A stretch of 32,000 nucleotides of DNA from Candidatus Altimarinota bacterium (GCA_041659405.1 JBAZYK010000010.1:30001-62000); one strand, 5' to 3'. Shown: positions 1-7,971, numbered from the stretch's first letter. Program-made: numbers and translations. Notes: generated from the letters alone by a model not told the origin.

Positions 1-2571
1 TCTGATTCCCGGGAATTTTGGAATCTGTTTGTACTTTCTTTCTTCTGTTTCCAGGTTTGCCAACTTGCTGAAGTTTACTTCAAACACGGCAATTTTAGCG
101 TTTTCGATGTCGTAGTTTTTTGCTACAAGTGGATGAAGTTCGAAAATTCTGGCGATTTCCTGGCCGGATTTTCGGCTATAATAAGAGGCATAACGGTTTG
201 GGTGAGCGTAAGCGCATAAGCTTTCACCTTTGCGCATTTCCAAGGCTTTTAAGTTAACATGGAAAAGTTTGAAAAATTCTTCCAACGCGCCTTTGATTTC
301 GTAAAAAGGTTCGGAAGGGCCTTGGTTTGACGCGCCGGCGGCTGTATTTTTTTCTTTTGTTGCTGCTTTGTTTCTTACGATCACCGCGCAAATTTTCTTT
401 TCTTCAATCGGGAAATATTCCTGTAGATCTTCATAAGTTCGACCAATTTCATATAATTTGAATTGATCAAAAGACTTTAAATTAAGACCAATATTTTTGA
501 GGATGTTCGGCATTAAACTGATGCGCATGTGGGTCTGATCTTCGGAAAGATAATTTTGAACTTTAATGTGTGGCTCTTCCGGCAACAGGCATTTTTTGAT
601 GTCGTTGATGCTATAAAAAGAGTAGTTATAGACCTCATTAAAGCCAAGTCCGAGTGAAAGCGCGTGACGGGCAAAATGTTTAAGTTTGCGCTCATTATTT
701 TCGATTGGGAGTTTGATTGGAAGTTTTGGAAGTTTGGCTTCGATATTTTCGTATCCGTGCATGCGGGCGATTTCTTCCACGATGTCGTCTTCAATGGAAA
801 TGTCTTTGGTCGCGCGGAAAGAGGGGATTTCAACCTTGATTTTATCTTTGCCGGACAGCGTGGTTTTGAATTCCAAACTGTTGAGATTTTTTAAAACTTC
901 TTCGGTAGGAATTGTAACGCCAATTTTAGAGAAAACCTTTTTAAGGCTTACTGTAACGGTAAGTTGCTTGTCTTTAAAGTTTTTGATGTCGGTGACCGGA
1001 CCGCAAATAATTGCTTCCGGACTAACCTGTAAAATTAAATCACAGACGCGTTTCATGGCCTGTTCAGCCAAATTTGGATCAAGACTTTTTTCAAAACGTT
1101 GAACGGCTTCGGTTCTAAGTCCAAGTTTTACCGAAGTTAAACGAACGGAAGAAGGCTGAAAATTCGCAGATTCAACCAGAATTTTAGTAGTTTGCTGATC
1201 AACTTCGCTGTTTGCGCCGCCCATAATTCCCGCAATGGCAACCGGTTTTTTGTGATCGGCAATAACCAGCGTTTCATCTTTGCCGGTTTGATTTAGAGAT
1301 CTTTCAACACCGTCGAGTGTCGTGATTTTTTCATCTTTTTTAGCTGTGCGTACAATAATTCCGGTGTCGATTTTGGCTGCATCAAAAGCATGCAAAGGCT
1401 GACCAAGTTCGGCCATTACATAATTTGTGACATCAACAATGTTGTTGATTGAACGATATCCAACCGCGCTAAGGCGATTCTTGAGCCAGGCAGGGGACTC
1501 AGCAATTTTTATATTATTGATGTAAACGCCAAGATAACGTGGACAGAGTTTTTTGGCTTTAACTTCTACATTTGGCGATTCGCCGGTTGCTGGAAAATCA
1601 ATTTCCAATTGAAGCGGTTTGAGTTTTTTGTCCGAGATTGCCGCAATTTCACGCGCGATGCCGTAGTGACCCCACAAATCCGGACGATGGGTTAGAGATT
1701 TGTTATCAACTACTAAAGAAATATCGTTCAAACCTAAAATATCAGCAATTGGTTGGCCGAGTGGAGTATTGGCAGGGAAGCGGGTTAGCCCTTTTTGGCC
1801 AATGCCAAGTTCATCATCACCGCAAACCATACCTTCTGATTTCACGCCCATCATTTCTGTGATTTTAATTTCTCCGCCGGGGAGTTTTGCTCCAGGCAAA
1901 GCAATCGGCAGAATTTCCCCAGGGTGAATCACGTGGACTGAACCGAAAACAATCTGGATTTTTTTCCAGCCAATATCAAAAATTCCTTTGTGTAATTTTT
2001 CAGATCCGGCAATTTTCTCGAACTCTAAAAGTTTTCCGGTGACTACTTTGTCGAGATTCTGGTCTTGATGCAAAATGCCTTCAACTTCAGCAGTGTGGTG
2101 CGTGAGTAGTGATTGTATTTCTTCCGCACTGTAGCTGTTTTCAAGGTGAAGAGCTTCAAGAAGAGGTGTTCCAGCTTTCAAAATTGGTGCGCCACTGTGC
2201 CAATTTTTTTCTTCATCAAGGATCCAAATTTCATGTGGGGGATTTGTGCCGAGCTTTAATTCTTCTTTTGCGCAGATCATGCCGTTACTTTCTTCACCGC
2301 GAATTTTACTTGGTTGAATTGCAAAATTCCCGGGTAGAACGGCTCCAGGCAGGGCAACAAGTACATGAACATTTGGTCTGAGGTTTACTCCTCCACACAC
2401 AATCTGAACAATTTTGTCACCGATATTTACTTGAGCAACGTTGAGTGAGTCTGCATTTGAATGTTTCTGCATTGAATCGACATAACCCACCACCACGTTT
2501 CGGAGGCTTTTTTTGTCGATGATATGTAGTCCTTCGACGTATTCTTTGATCCAGTTAAGAGAAATTTTCAT
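1..2571 (-). CDS. pheT: Phenylalanine--tRNA ligase beta subunit; 3' end runs off the left edge
   Basis: My translation from ATG 2571..2569 gives MKISLNWIKEYVEGL...VGYVDSMQKHSNADSLNVAQVNIGDKIVQIVCGGVNL...IRGEESNGMICAKEEL, a PheT-type N-terminal tRNA-binding domain. The frame spans 857 codons to base 1. No stop-terminated ORF is listed for it in the track, consistent with the stop lying outside the window. The last residues, ...KYKQIPKFPGIR, look like the entry to the C-terminal domain. It lies directly downstream of pheS (pheST order). Confidence 0.9.
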   Translation of the reverse strand, partial: MKISLNWIKEYVEGLHIIDKKSLRNVVVGYVDSMQKHSNADSLNVAQVNIGDKIVQIVCGGVNLRPNVHVLVALPGAVLPGNFAIQPSKIRGEESNGMICAKEELKLGTNPPHEIWILDEEKNWHSGAPILKAGTPLLEALHLENSYSAEEIQSLLTHHTAEVEGILHQDQNLDKVVTGKLLEFEKIAGSEKLHKGIFDIGWKKIQIVFGSVHVIHPGEILPIALPGAKLPGGEIKITEMMGVKSEGMVCGDDELGIGQKGLTRFPANTPLGQPIADILGLNDISLVVDNKSLTHRPDLWGHYGIAREIAAISDKKLKPLQLEIDFPATGESPNVEVKAKKLCPRYLGVYINNIKIAESPAWLKNRLSAVGYRSINNIVDVTNYVMAELGQPLHAFDAAKIDTGIIVRTAKKDEKITTLDGVERSLNQTGKDETLVIADHKKPVAIAGIMGGANSEVDQQTTKILVESANFQPSSVRLTSVKLGLRTEAVQRFEKSLDPNLAEQAMKRVCDLILQVSPEAIICGPVTDIKNFKDKQLTVTVSLKKVFSKIGVTIPTEEVLKNLNSLEFKTTLSGKDKIKVEIPSFRATKDISIEDDIVEEIARMHGYENIEAKLPKLPIKLPIENNERKLKHFARHALSLGLGFNEVYNYSFYSINDIKKCLLPEEPHIKVQNYLSEDQTHMRISLMPNILKNIGLNLKSFDQFKLYEIGRTYEDLQEYFPIEEKKICAVIVRNKAATKEKNTAAGASNQGPSEPFYEIKGALEEFFKLFHVNLKALEMRKGESLCAYAHPNRYASYYSRKSGQEIARIFELHPLVAKNYDIENAKIAVFEVNFSKLANLETEERKYKQIPKFPGIR

Positions 2572-2580
2572 AAGTATTGT

Positions 2581-2665
2581 ATCGCTTACGCGATGGTTAG
2601 ATTTTATGCCGGCGTAGTGGCCGGCAAGGGCTTCGCTGTGCTCGCCCTGGTTGTGCGCGCGCACA
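2581..2665 (-). other. Array of four GC-rich stem-loops in the pheS-pheT spacer
   Basis: Read directly from the + strand: ATCGC-ttac-GCGAT (2581-2594), GCCGGC-gtagtg-GCCGGC (2608-2625), AGGGC-12 nt-GCCCT (2627-2648), and the palindrome TGTGCGCGCGCACA (2652-2665). Function unknown. Confidence 0.5.
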
Positions 2666-2674
2666 GATTTTTTG

Positions 2675-3715
2675 TTAGAACTGTTCCGTGAACCTAAGAT
2701 CGCCGGATTGTAATAGTCTGATGTCATTAATTGCATGGCGCATCATCACCAAACGGGTCAGGCCAAAGCCAAAAGCCCAACCCTGATATTCTTTTGGATC
2801 GATGCCGCCGGCTTTTAAGACGTTTGGGTGGACCATTCCGGCGCCCATAAATTCAACCCAGCCGGTTTGTTTGCAGACACTGCAGCCTTTTTCGTTACAA
2901 ATCAGACAGGAGAAATCAAGTTCCAAACCAGGTTCCACAAATGGGAAATAGCCAGGTCTAAAGCGGACTTTAACTTCTTTGCCAAACAGACGGGTCAAAA
3001 ATTCACGCATGACGCCTTTAAGATCGGCAAGTGAGATTTCTTTGTCGATCATCAGGCCTTCCACCTGATAAAAAGTGTTGTCATGAGAAGCGTCGGTGGC
3101 TTCGTAACGGAACACACGGCCAGGAACGATGATGCGAAGCGGTGCGCCGTATTTTTCCATGGTGCGAATTTGGACAGGTGAAGTTTGTGTTCTTAGCACA
3201 AGCCGGCCATGTTTTTCGGCTGATTTATCCTGCAAAAAGAAGGTGTCCTGCATGTCACGCGCGGGGTGATCTTTAGGAATGTTCAGACTTTCAAAATTGT
3301 AGTATTCGGATTCGACTTCGGGGCCGTCCATAACCGAAAACCCCATGTCACTGAAAATGTTTTCAGCCTCATATTGCACTTGTGAAAGCGGATGAATGTG
3401 ACCGACATCATATTTTTTGCCGGGGGCGGTCAGATCAAAAAACTCACCGGTCAGTTGTTTTTGGATTTCGGCGGATTCCAGAGTTTGGCGTTTTTCGTTA
3501 AAAACGGCTTCCAGCGCAACTTTAACCTGATTTGAAAATTGACCGAAAGTGCGTTTTTCTTCGTCGGGAAGGTCTTTAATGCCTTTTAAAATTATGGTGA
3601 TTTCGCCGCTTCTGCCTAAATATTTTACTTCGATATCTTTAAGATGTTGAAGATTTGAAGCCTTGTCGATTTCGGAAATGGCCTGTTCCGATAGTTTTTT
3701 GAGGATTTCTTGCAT
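2675..3715 (-). CDS. pheS: Phenylalanine--tRNA ligase alpha subunit
   Basis: ORF track protein with class II aaRS blocks (FRYEATDASHDNTFYQVEG, GWVEFMGAGMVHPNVL, AFGFGLTRLVMMRHAINDIRLL). I place the start at the internal ATG 3715 (MQEILKKLSEQAISEI...). The 31 upstream codons (MICQIQLKSLKYQ...) look like read-through of the promoter and leader region. Confidence 0.93.
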   Translation of the reverse strand: MQEILKKLSEQAISEIDKASNLQHLKDIEVKYLGRSGEITIILKGIKDLPDEEKRTFGQFSNQVKVALEAVFNEKRQTLESAEIQKQLTGEFFDLTAPGKKYDVGHIHPLSQVQYEAENIFSDMGFSVMDGPEVESEYYNFESLNIPKDHPARDMQDTFFLQDKSAEKHGRLVLRTQTSPVQIRTMEKYGAPLRIIVPGRVFRYEATDASHDNTFYQVEGLMIDKEISLADLKGVMREFLTRLFGKEVKVRFRPGYFPFVEPGLELDFSCLICNEKGCSVCKQTGWVEFMGAGMVHPNVLKAGGIDPKEYQGWAFGFGLTRLVMMRHAINDIRLLQSGDLRFTEQF

Positions 3716-3882
3716 AAAAAAACGTGAATGCGTGAAAGGCGCGATATTTGCGCGTGTAAAAAGAATACGTTGGTACTTTAAAGATTTTAGCTGAATTTGG
3801 CAAATCAAGAAGTGGGTTTTGGAGAAGATGTTGCCTTGGCTTCTGCTATGGCTTTTTCAAAAGCTGCTGACTTTGTTAAATA

Positions 3883-5496
3883 TCATGGTGAAACTGGTAA
3901 TTTATTCAGTTCTTGCCATGTTTTTGCGCGCATGTTTGCTAGTTGCGCTGCTTTTTCTGGTGTTGGGTGAAGTAAATGGTCATTGGCGCATGCTAATGCC
4001 TCAGCTGAGTTTATAATTTGTGGATCTTTATTATCCCAGCTTAGCGGGTTTCCGTGATGGTCAATTAAGGCGTTACGACCATGGAGTTGTCCTCCTAAAC
4101 GCCATTCAAAATTTCCGCTTAAAGGCCAATAGAGCGCACCTTTTACATTTACTCCTTCCCGAATTGCCCTGGTTACGTGTCCAATCGTTGATAAAATCCA
4201 GTCTGGTCTTTCTTTATCTGATTCATTGCCTTCTGCATCTACTTTATTGGTAAAGCCCCATTCGGAAAGTACTAATTCTTTGCCCGGCCATCTTCTGTCG
4301 GCTTCCTTTAAGACGTCATAGGCTCCAGGCGGGTAAATTTGTGGGCAAAGCTCATTACCGCTGATGTAGCGTTCATCTTTGCCTTTAAATCCCGATAATA
4401 GTAAGGATAATTTTAGTCGAAAATAATATTGAAGGCCTAAAAAGTCGCTTGTTTGTCCGTCTTGCATTTCTTCAATAAAGTCCCAACCGCCAAGCTTTTC
4501 ATAGATTTTGATGTCAGAATGGGGAACATGGTGAGTCATTCCTATTTTTGTTTCTTTTCCTGCTGCCTGGTGTGTGCTTGGTGCATGTTTTTTTAATTCA
4601 TCGTAGACAATGCGATGCATCTGTTTAACTTTTTCTTTGAGGATTTTTGTTTTTCCAAATCGCAAATGTTGATAAGGAGGGAAATAGCCGCTTATATAAG
4701 CGTTGAAAGTCAGGTTGACCGGTTCATTGACGCTGATAAACCAGCGACAAAGGGTACGCTCATCCAAAATTTGTTGAAGAAATTCCTGACTGTAGCCTTC
4801 ATCTTTTAGAGCTTCACGTATTTTATTTGGATCAAAGAGAAAATCGGCGACACTTTTTACATAAAAAGCAAAATGATCAACAATGTCTGGATGTTCCAAA
4901 GGGCCATTTTGAATTTCTTCATTTTTATAAGTTGCAAAACTTTTTGGCATGGGCCAATGATGCATGGTCATGACTGGTTCTAGCCCTGTGTGATGGCAGC
5001 GAGCCAAGATTCGAACATATTGGGCCATTAACTCTTGGTTGAATTTGCCTTTTTCCGGGCAGAGTTCGGCAAAATCAAAAGAGGTGCGGTAGGCATTACC
5101 AAAGCGCTTTGCTGCTTTTAGAATGTGTGGATGATTTTTAAAAAAATGGGGTTGTTCCTCACTGTCAAAAGGGCCAGCAATTTTGTCGGATAAACCGGCT
5201 GCGGAGCGTTGGCGTTCATGGGCCCAGTCGCTATTTGTCGCGGCTTCTGGATCATCCTGAAAAATCGAGCCAGCTGTTCCCGCTAATTCTAGTCGTTTAT
5301 CGTATTCAAGGCTTGGATCAAAGCTGGTTGGATCATCGTCAAATCTGCCATCATCAATTAAATAAATTCCTAGAGCGGCGGCTGTGACAGCGGAAAGTCC
5401 AAGTGCTAAAGCTTTTCTGCGGGAAATTTGTCTTTTGGGCGATTCTGCTTGGACTAGAGAGTCTGGTTGTGTGGGTAAATCGGGACTCGATCTCAT
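3883..5496 (-). CDS. Glycoside hydrolase family 1 (beta-glucosidase-like) with an N-terminal twin-arginine-like signal/anchor
   Basis: GH1 blocks seen: AYRTSFDFAELCP...GLEPVMTMHHWPMP, FISVNEPVN (NEP acid/base motif), LVLSEWGF (nucleophile Glu position; canonical TENG) and ALYWPLSGNFEWRLG. The N-terminus ...KRQISRRKALALGLSAVTAAALGIYL resembles a Tat leader or signal anchor. Confidence 0.8.
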   Translation of the reverse strand: MRSSPDLPTQPDSLVQAESPKRQISRRKALALGLSAVTAAALGIYLIDDGRFDDDPTSFDPSLEYDKRLELAGTAGSIFQDDPEAATNSDWAHERQRSAAGLSDKIAGPFDSEEQPHFFKNHPHILKAAKRFGNAYRTSFDFAELCPEKGKFNQELMAQYVRILARCHHTGLEPVMTMHHWPMPKSFATYKNEEIQNGPLEHPDIVDHFAFYVKSVADFLFDPNKIREALKDEGYSQEFLQQILDERTLCRWFISVNEPVNLTFNAYISGYFPPYQHLRFGKTKILKEKVKQMHRIVYDELKKHAPSTHQAAGKETKIGMTHHVPHSDIKIYEKLGGWDFIEEMQDGQTSDFLGLQYYFRLKLSLLLSGFKGKDERYISGNELCPQIYPPGAYDVLKEADRRWPGKELVLSEWGFTNKVDAEGNESDKERPDWILSTIGHVTRAIREGVNVKGALYWPLSGNFEWRLGGQLHGRNALIDHHGNPLSWDNKDPQIINSAEALACANDHLLHPTPEKAAQLANMRAKTWQELNKLPVSP

Positions 5497-5551
5497 AATT
5501 TATAAAAATAATTTTGATGAGTGCGACAGGTTGTGAAGTTTAATAATATTT

Positions 5552-5580
5552 TTGCAGAAAGTCAACTTTTGATGTATAAT
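5552..5580 (+). promoter_or_regulatory. Sigma70-like promoter for the 5605 gene (TTGCAG-17 nt-TATAAT)
   Basis: TTGCAG at 5552-5557, a 17-nt spacer, and TATAAT at 5575-5580 preceded by TG. It lies inside the track's GTG-extended ORF, which argues for the ATG at 5605 as the start. Confidence 0.4.
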
Positions 5581-5604
5581 GTAAAGATTATTTACAATCA
5601 AAAT

Positions 5605-6828
5605 ATGGCAGGTGAAGTATTACAGCCACCAGAAAGTAACAAAGGATCAAATAAACCTTTGGTGTTTCCTCGCTTACACGTTGAATTTGTTGAGGATAAA
5701 GATGATCCGGAAAAGGTTCTGAATGTTATTTTGGATGCTGCTAAAATTGTTCTTGAGCCAAAGCAAAAAGCAGAATTGTTGAGCAGTTTGCAACGACTGG
5801 ATTTGAAAAATCCAGATCAGGCAAAGGAGCAAGGGAAGAAGGTCCCTTTTTTAGAGCGTCCTGATGTTTTGATTGTAATTGGCTCATTTCTTCAGATGCA
5901 TGGGTATATTAAACCAAAAGTACGCGAAGGAGGGCAGCACAGTGATGTCGTTGCGGAATCTGCGGTGGATAATGTTACTGATCAAATTAATGAAGCGGGA
6001 AAGATTGGTAAAATGCCAACAGGCGAATATCGAACTGATGTTTCTGTTTATGGCTATCAATTTGAGGTGCGTGGAGATAATATTGTTTATAAGCCAAAAA
6101 CAGGTAAATTTTGGGCTGTTTGGGATAGGGTGGAAGACATGATGCGCAAAAGCGGGGATGGTATGGGTTTGCGTGTTCGTGCGAAAAATATGGATCAAAT
6201 CTGGGACAATATTGAACATCTTCATTTAACTGATATTTTTTCTCGACAGAAAGATGGTATTGGCGAAAGAGTTGATGATATGAAACGAGGAGGAGCTTTA
6301 CTGGATGATGTGTTGCGATTGCGCAATGGTAGTCCTTATCTTAAAAAAATTGATCCGGTTGAAGCATTAAAAGCTTCAACAAAAATGATGTCTGATGTGC
6401 ATCAAAAATCAGGTTTGGGAATTGGCGAAGTTTTGGGCGGAGATGTATTGGTTCATGTTGATCCATCTGGAAAAGTTAAGGATGCAAGACTTTCATCTTT
6501 GCCGGATATGCTTTATCACTCTGAGAGTGCATATCGTCAAAAGGCTTCGGATTTGGCTGATCTTTGTTTTTGTGCAGGTAGTGCCGCTTTTCAGACTGAA
6601 TCACCAGACAAAGCGGAAGCTGCAGCCCTTTCTTATATTAGAGCGATTTTGGATAGTTACGGCGATGATATAGTTAAATTAAATTTGAAAGAAATGATTG
6701 GGGCGAGTAATGTGCCGGCTTTTACTATCAATAATGAAACCCGTTTAGGCTTTAATCACGTTAAAGATCATGAAGGCACTTTTAAAAAAGTTCGTAAAAT
6801 GATTTTGGACGAATTAGATAAAGTTTAA
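5605..6828 (+). CDS. Hypothetical protein (407 aa), no family confidently recognised
   Basis: Long uninterrupted ORF with balanced composition. ATG 5605 (MAGEVLQPPES...) lies downstream of the predicted promoter. One segment, DVHQKSGLGIGEVLGGDVLVHVDPSGKVKDARLSSLPD, weakly recalls the catalytic-loop region of small kinase-like folds. That is a low-confidence impression. Confidence 0.75.
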   Translation: MAGEVLQPPESNKGSNKPLVFPRLHVEFVEDKDDPEKVLNVILDAAKIVLEPKQKAELLSSLQRLDLKNPDQAKEQGKKVPFLERPDVLIVIGSFLQMHGYIKPKVREGGQHSDVVAESAVDNVTDQINEAGKIGKMPTGEYRTDVSVYGYQFEVRGDNIVYKPKTGKFWAVWDRVEDMMRKSGDGMGLRVRAKNMDQIWDNIEHLHLTDIFSRQKDGIGERVDDMKRGGALLDDVLRLRNGSPYLKKIDPVEALKASTKMMSDVHQKSGLGIGEVLGGDVLVHVDPSGKVKDARLSSLPDMLYHSESAYRQKASDLADLCFCAGSAAFQTESPDKAEAAALSYIRAILDSYGDDIVKLNLKEMIGASNVPAFTINNETRLGFNHVKDHEGTFKKVRKMILDELDKV

Positions 6829-6919
6829 AGATTTCAGGTTTGCGTGCAAAAAAAAGACTCTAAGCAATTATTTGATTAGATCAATGGTTGCTTTAATTGC
6901 AGTTGCCAGTTTTGCTGAA

Positions 6920-7093
6920 CTAAGTTTCGCGACTTTTGTAATATTCGTCATAGATATCGTCTTCCGGATTGTCCCAGAAATCGAAAGCGGACTTTCCCAA
7001 GGCGGCAAAGTCTTTCAAGTCATCTTCACTGTCTTTTAAGATTTTTATTTCTATGGGCCTAAGGATGATAGTTTTTCCTTTAACTTTCAGCAT
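6920..7093 (-). CDS. Small hypothetical protein with acidic C-terminal tail (antitoxin-like; solo)
   Basis: The track ORF starts at GTG 7117. The ATG at 7093 gives MLKVKGKTIILRPIEIKILKDSEDDLKDFAALGKSAFDFWDNPEDDIYDEYYKSRET. A short beta-strand start followed by an acidic W/D/E tail resembles small antitoxin-type proteins. No adjacent toxin ORF is present. Confidence 0.4.
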   Translation of the reverse strand: MLKVKGKTIILRPIEIKILKDSEDDLKDFAALGKSAFDFWDNPEDDIYDEYYKSRET

Positions 7094-7216
7094 ATATTTA
7101 CGGTGTTTGCATTTCACTTTATCTTAATTTGCAAGTTATTTCAAATTTGATTTTAACAGCTGGAGATTAAGAAATTCTAAAATTTTCTTAAATTTTCAAC
7201 TGAAGAATTGTTCATC

Positions 7217-7248
7217 AAAAAAGAAGACCCTTTTTAGGGGGTCTTCTT
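7217..7248 (-). terminator. Rho-independent terminator downstream of hup
   Basis: AAGAAGACCC (7221-7230) pairs with GGGTCTTCTT (7239-7248). On the minus strand the stem is followed by a T-run (the + strand A-run ending at 7220). Confidence 0.6.
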
Positions 7249-7262
7249 GATTTTCAGATGGT

Positions 7263-7335
7263 GTTTGCTTGCGCAAACTTCTTTACTGCTATGCCTGCTT
7301 TAGGGCAGGCGCGGACTTTAGCGTGAGCTAAAGTC
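7263..7335 (-). other. Three further perfect stem-loops between the hup stop codon and the terminator
   Basis: GTTTGC-ttgc-GCAAAC (7263-7278), GCCTGC-tttagg-GCAGGC (7293-7310), and GACTTTAGC-gtga-GCTAAAGTC (7314-7335, ending one base before the hup stop codon at 7336). Confidence 0.5.
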
Positions 7336-7611
7336 TTATCTAACAGCATCCTTTAGAGATTTACCTGCCTTGAAAGCTGGAAGCTTCATAGCTGGGATCT
7401 TGATTTTTTGGCTTGGGTTACGTGGATTTACACCAGTACGAGCAGCACGTTTTGAAACACGGAATGTTCCGAAACCTGTAACAGTTACTGATTCTCCCTT
7501 TTTGAGGGACTTAGTGATAGCTTCAAGACATGCATCGAGCACTTCCTGAGCAGCCTTTTTTGTAACGCCAGCTGAATTAGCAGCAGCATTAACGAGATCT
7601 TGTTTTGTCAT
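7336..7611 (-). CDS. hup: HU-family nucleoid DNA-binding protein
   Basis: 91 aa: MTKQDLV...GFGTFRVSKRAARTGVNPRNPSQKIKIPAMKLPAFKAGKSLKDAV. This is the canonical HU/IHF fold signature, including the GFGxF and RxGRNPxT-like arm. Confidence 0.95.
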   Translation of the reverse strand: MTKQDLVNAAANSAGVTKKAAQEVLDACLEAITKSLKKGESVTVTGFGTFRVSKRAARTGVNPRNPSQKIKIPAMKLPAFKAGKSLKDAVR

Positions 7612-7649
7612 CGTTATGAGGTTAAGAAATAATGTAACGAACCTAGGGC

Positions 7650-7677
7650 ATTATAAAAATCCTACAAAGAAAAGCAA
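7650..7677 (-). promoter_or_regulatory. Candidate hup promoter (TTGCTT-16 nt-TATAAT on the minus strand)
   Basis: + strand attata at 7650-7655 is TATAAT on the minus strand. aagcaa at 7672-7677 is TTGCTT. The spacer is 16 nt and the leader to ATG 7611 is about 38 nt. Confidence 0.45.
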
Positions 7678-7943
7678 GCATTGGTGAGCAGCAAGGGAAA
7701 TACTCGATTTTTGAGGGTGTGATTTTTTGGCTAGGCATGGTCGTTTTGTTTATTCTTAGCCATTTTCCCGGGTATTGTCATCTTTGGGATTTATTTTGGG
7801 GCTCTATTATTGGCTTGTATACGGCAAAATCAAACGATCATTCCTGTCAATGCGATTTGGAAGCCAAAAAGGGGTGTTGGTGGGCATTTTGGGGAATTTT
7901 GGAAGGATTTGAATAGCTTATGAATAGGGCAAAAGTGCCGAAG

Positions 7944-7971
7944 TGGTGAAATTGCGTGGAATCGAACCCTG
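7944..7971 (-). other. tRNA 3'-end look-alike fragment (CCA, discriminator, acceptor strand, T-stem strand, T-loop), not an intact tRNA
   Basis: The minus strand reads ...CAGGG-TTCGATT-CCACG-CAATTTC-A-CCA. TTCGATT is a canonical T-loop and CCACG a plausible 3' T-stem strand, followed by 7 nt, a discriminator A and CCA. The 5' T-stem strand pairs at only 3 of 5 positions. No matching 5' acceptor strand (GAAATTG), D-arm or anticodon arm exists upstream. Confidence 0.45.

Noticed and set aside
513-2381. Track ORFs 513-833(-), 664-894(+), 686-1102(+), 1638-1862(+), 1700-1927(+), 2109-2381(+)
   Set aside because: All lie inside the pheT reading frame region. The PheT frame (minus, codons phased from 2571) is open throughout and has clear family motifs. 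These are shadow ORFs in other frames or on the other strand.
3716-3808. N-terminal extension of pheS (MICQIQLKSLKYQRILFTRANIAPFTHSRFF)
   Set aside because: It is unlike any PheS N-terminus and overlaps a plausible promoter/leader (TTGCCA-17-TAAAGT on the minus strand). The internal ATG 3715 gives the expected MQEILKKL... helical start.
5521-5604. GTG start at 5521 for the 435-aa ORF
   Set aside because: A TTGCAG-17-TATAAT promoter lies inside this extension (5552-5580), so ATG 5605 downstream of it is the more coherent start.
7794-7895. Two TTTTGGGG words (identical to a ciliate telomere unit)
   Set aside because: They are isolated copies ~90 nt apart, not tandem, within a generally G/T-rich stretch. 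I consider this a coincidence.
7719-7916. 65-aa ORF (MIFWLGMVVLFILSHFPGYCHLWDLFWGS...)
   Set aside because: GTG start and an extreme Trp/Cys/Phe composition driven by G/T-rich DNA, with no recognisable fold or signal. I treat it as non-coding, but flag the region as unexplained.
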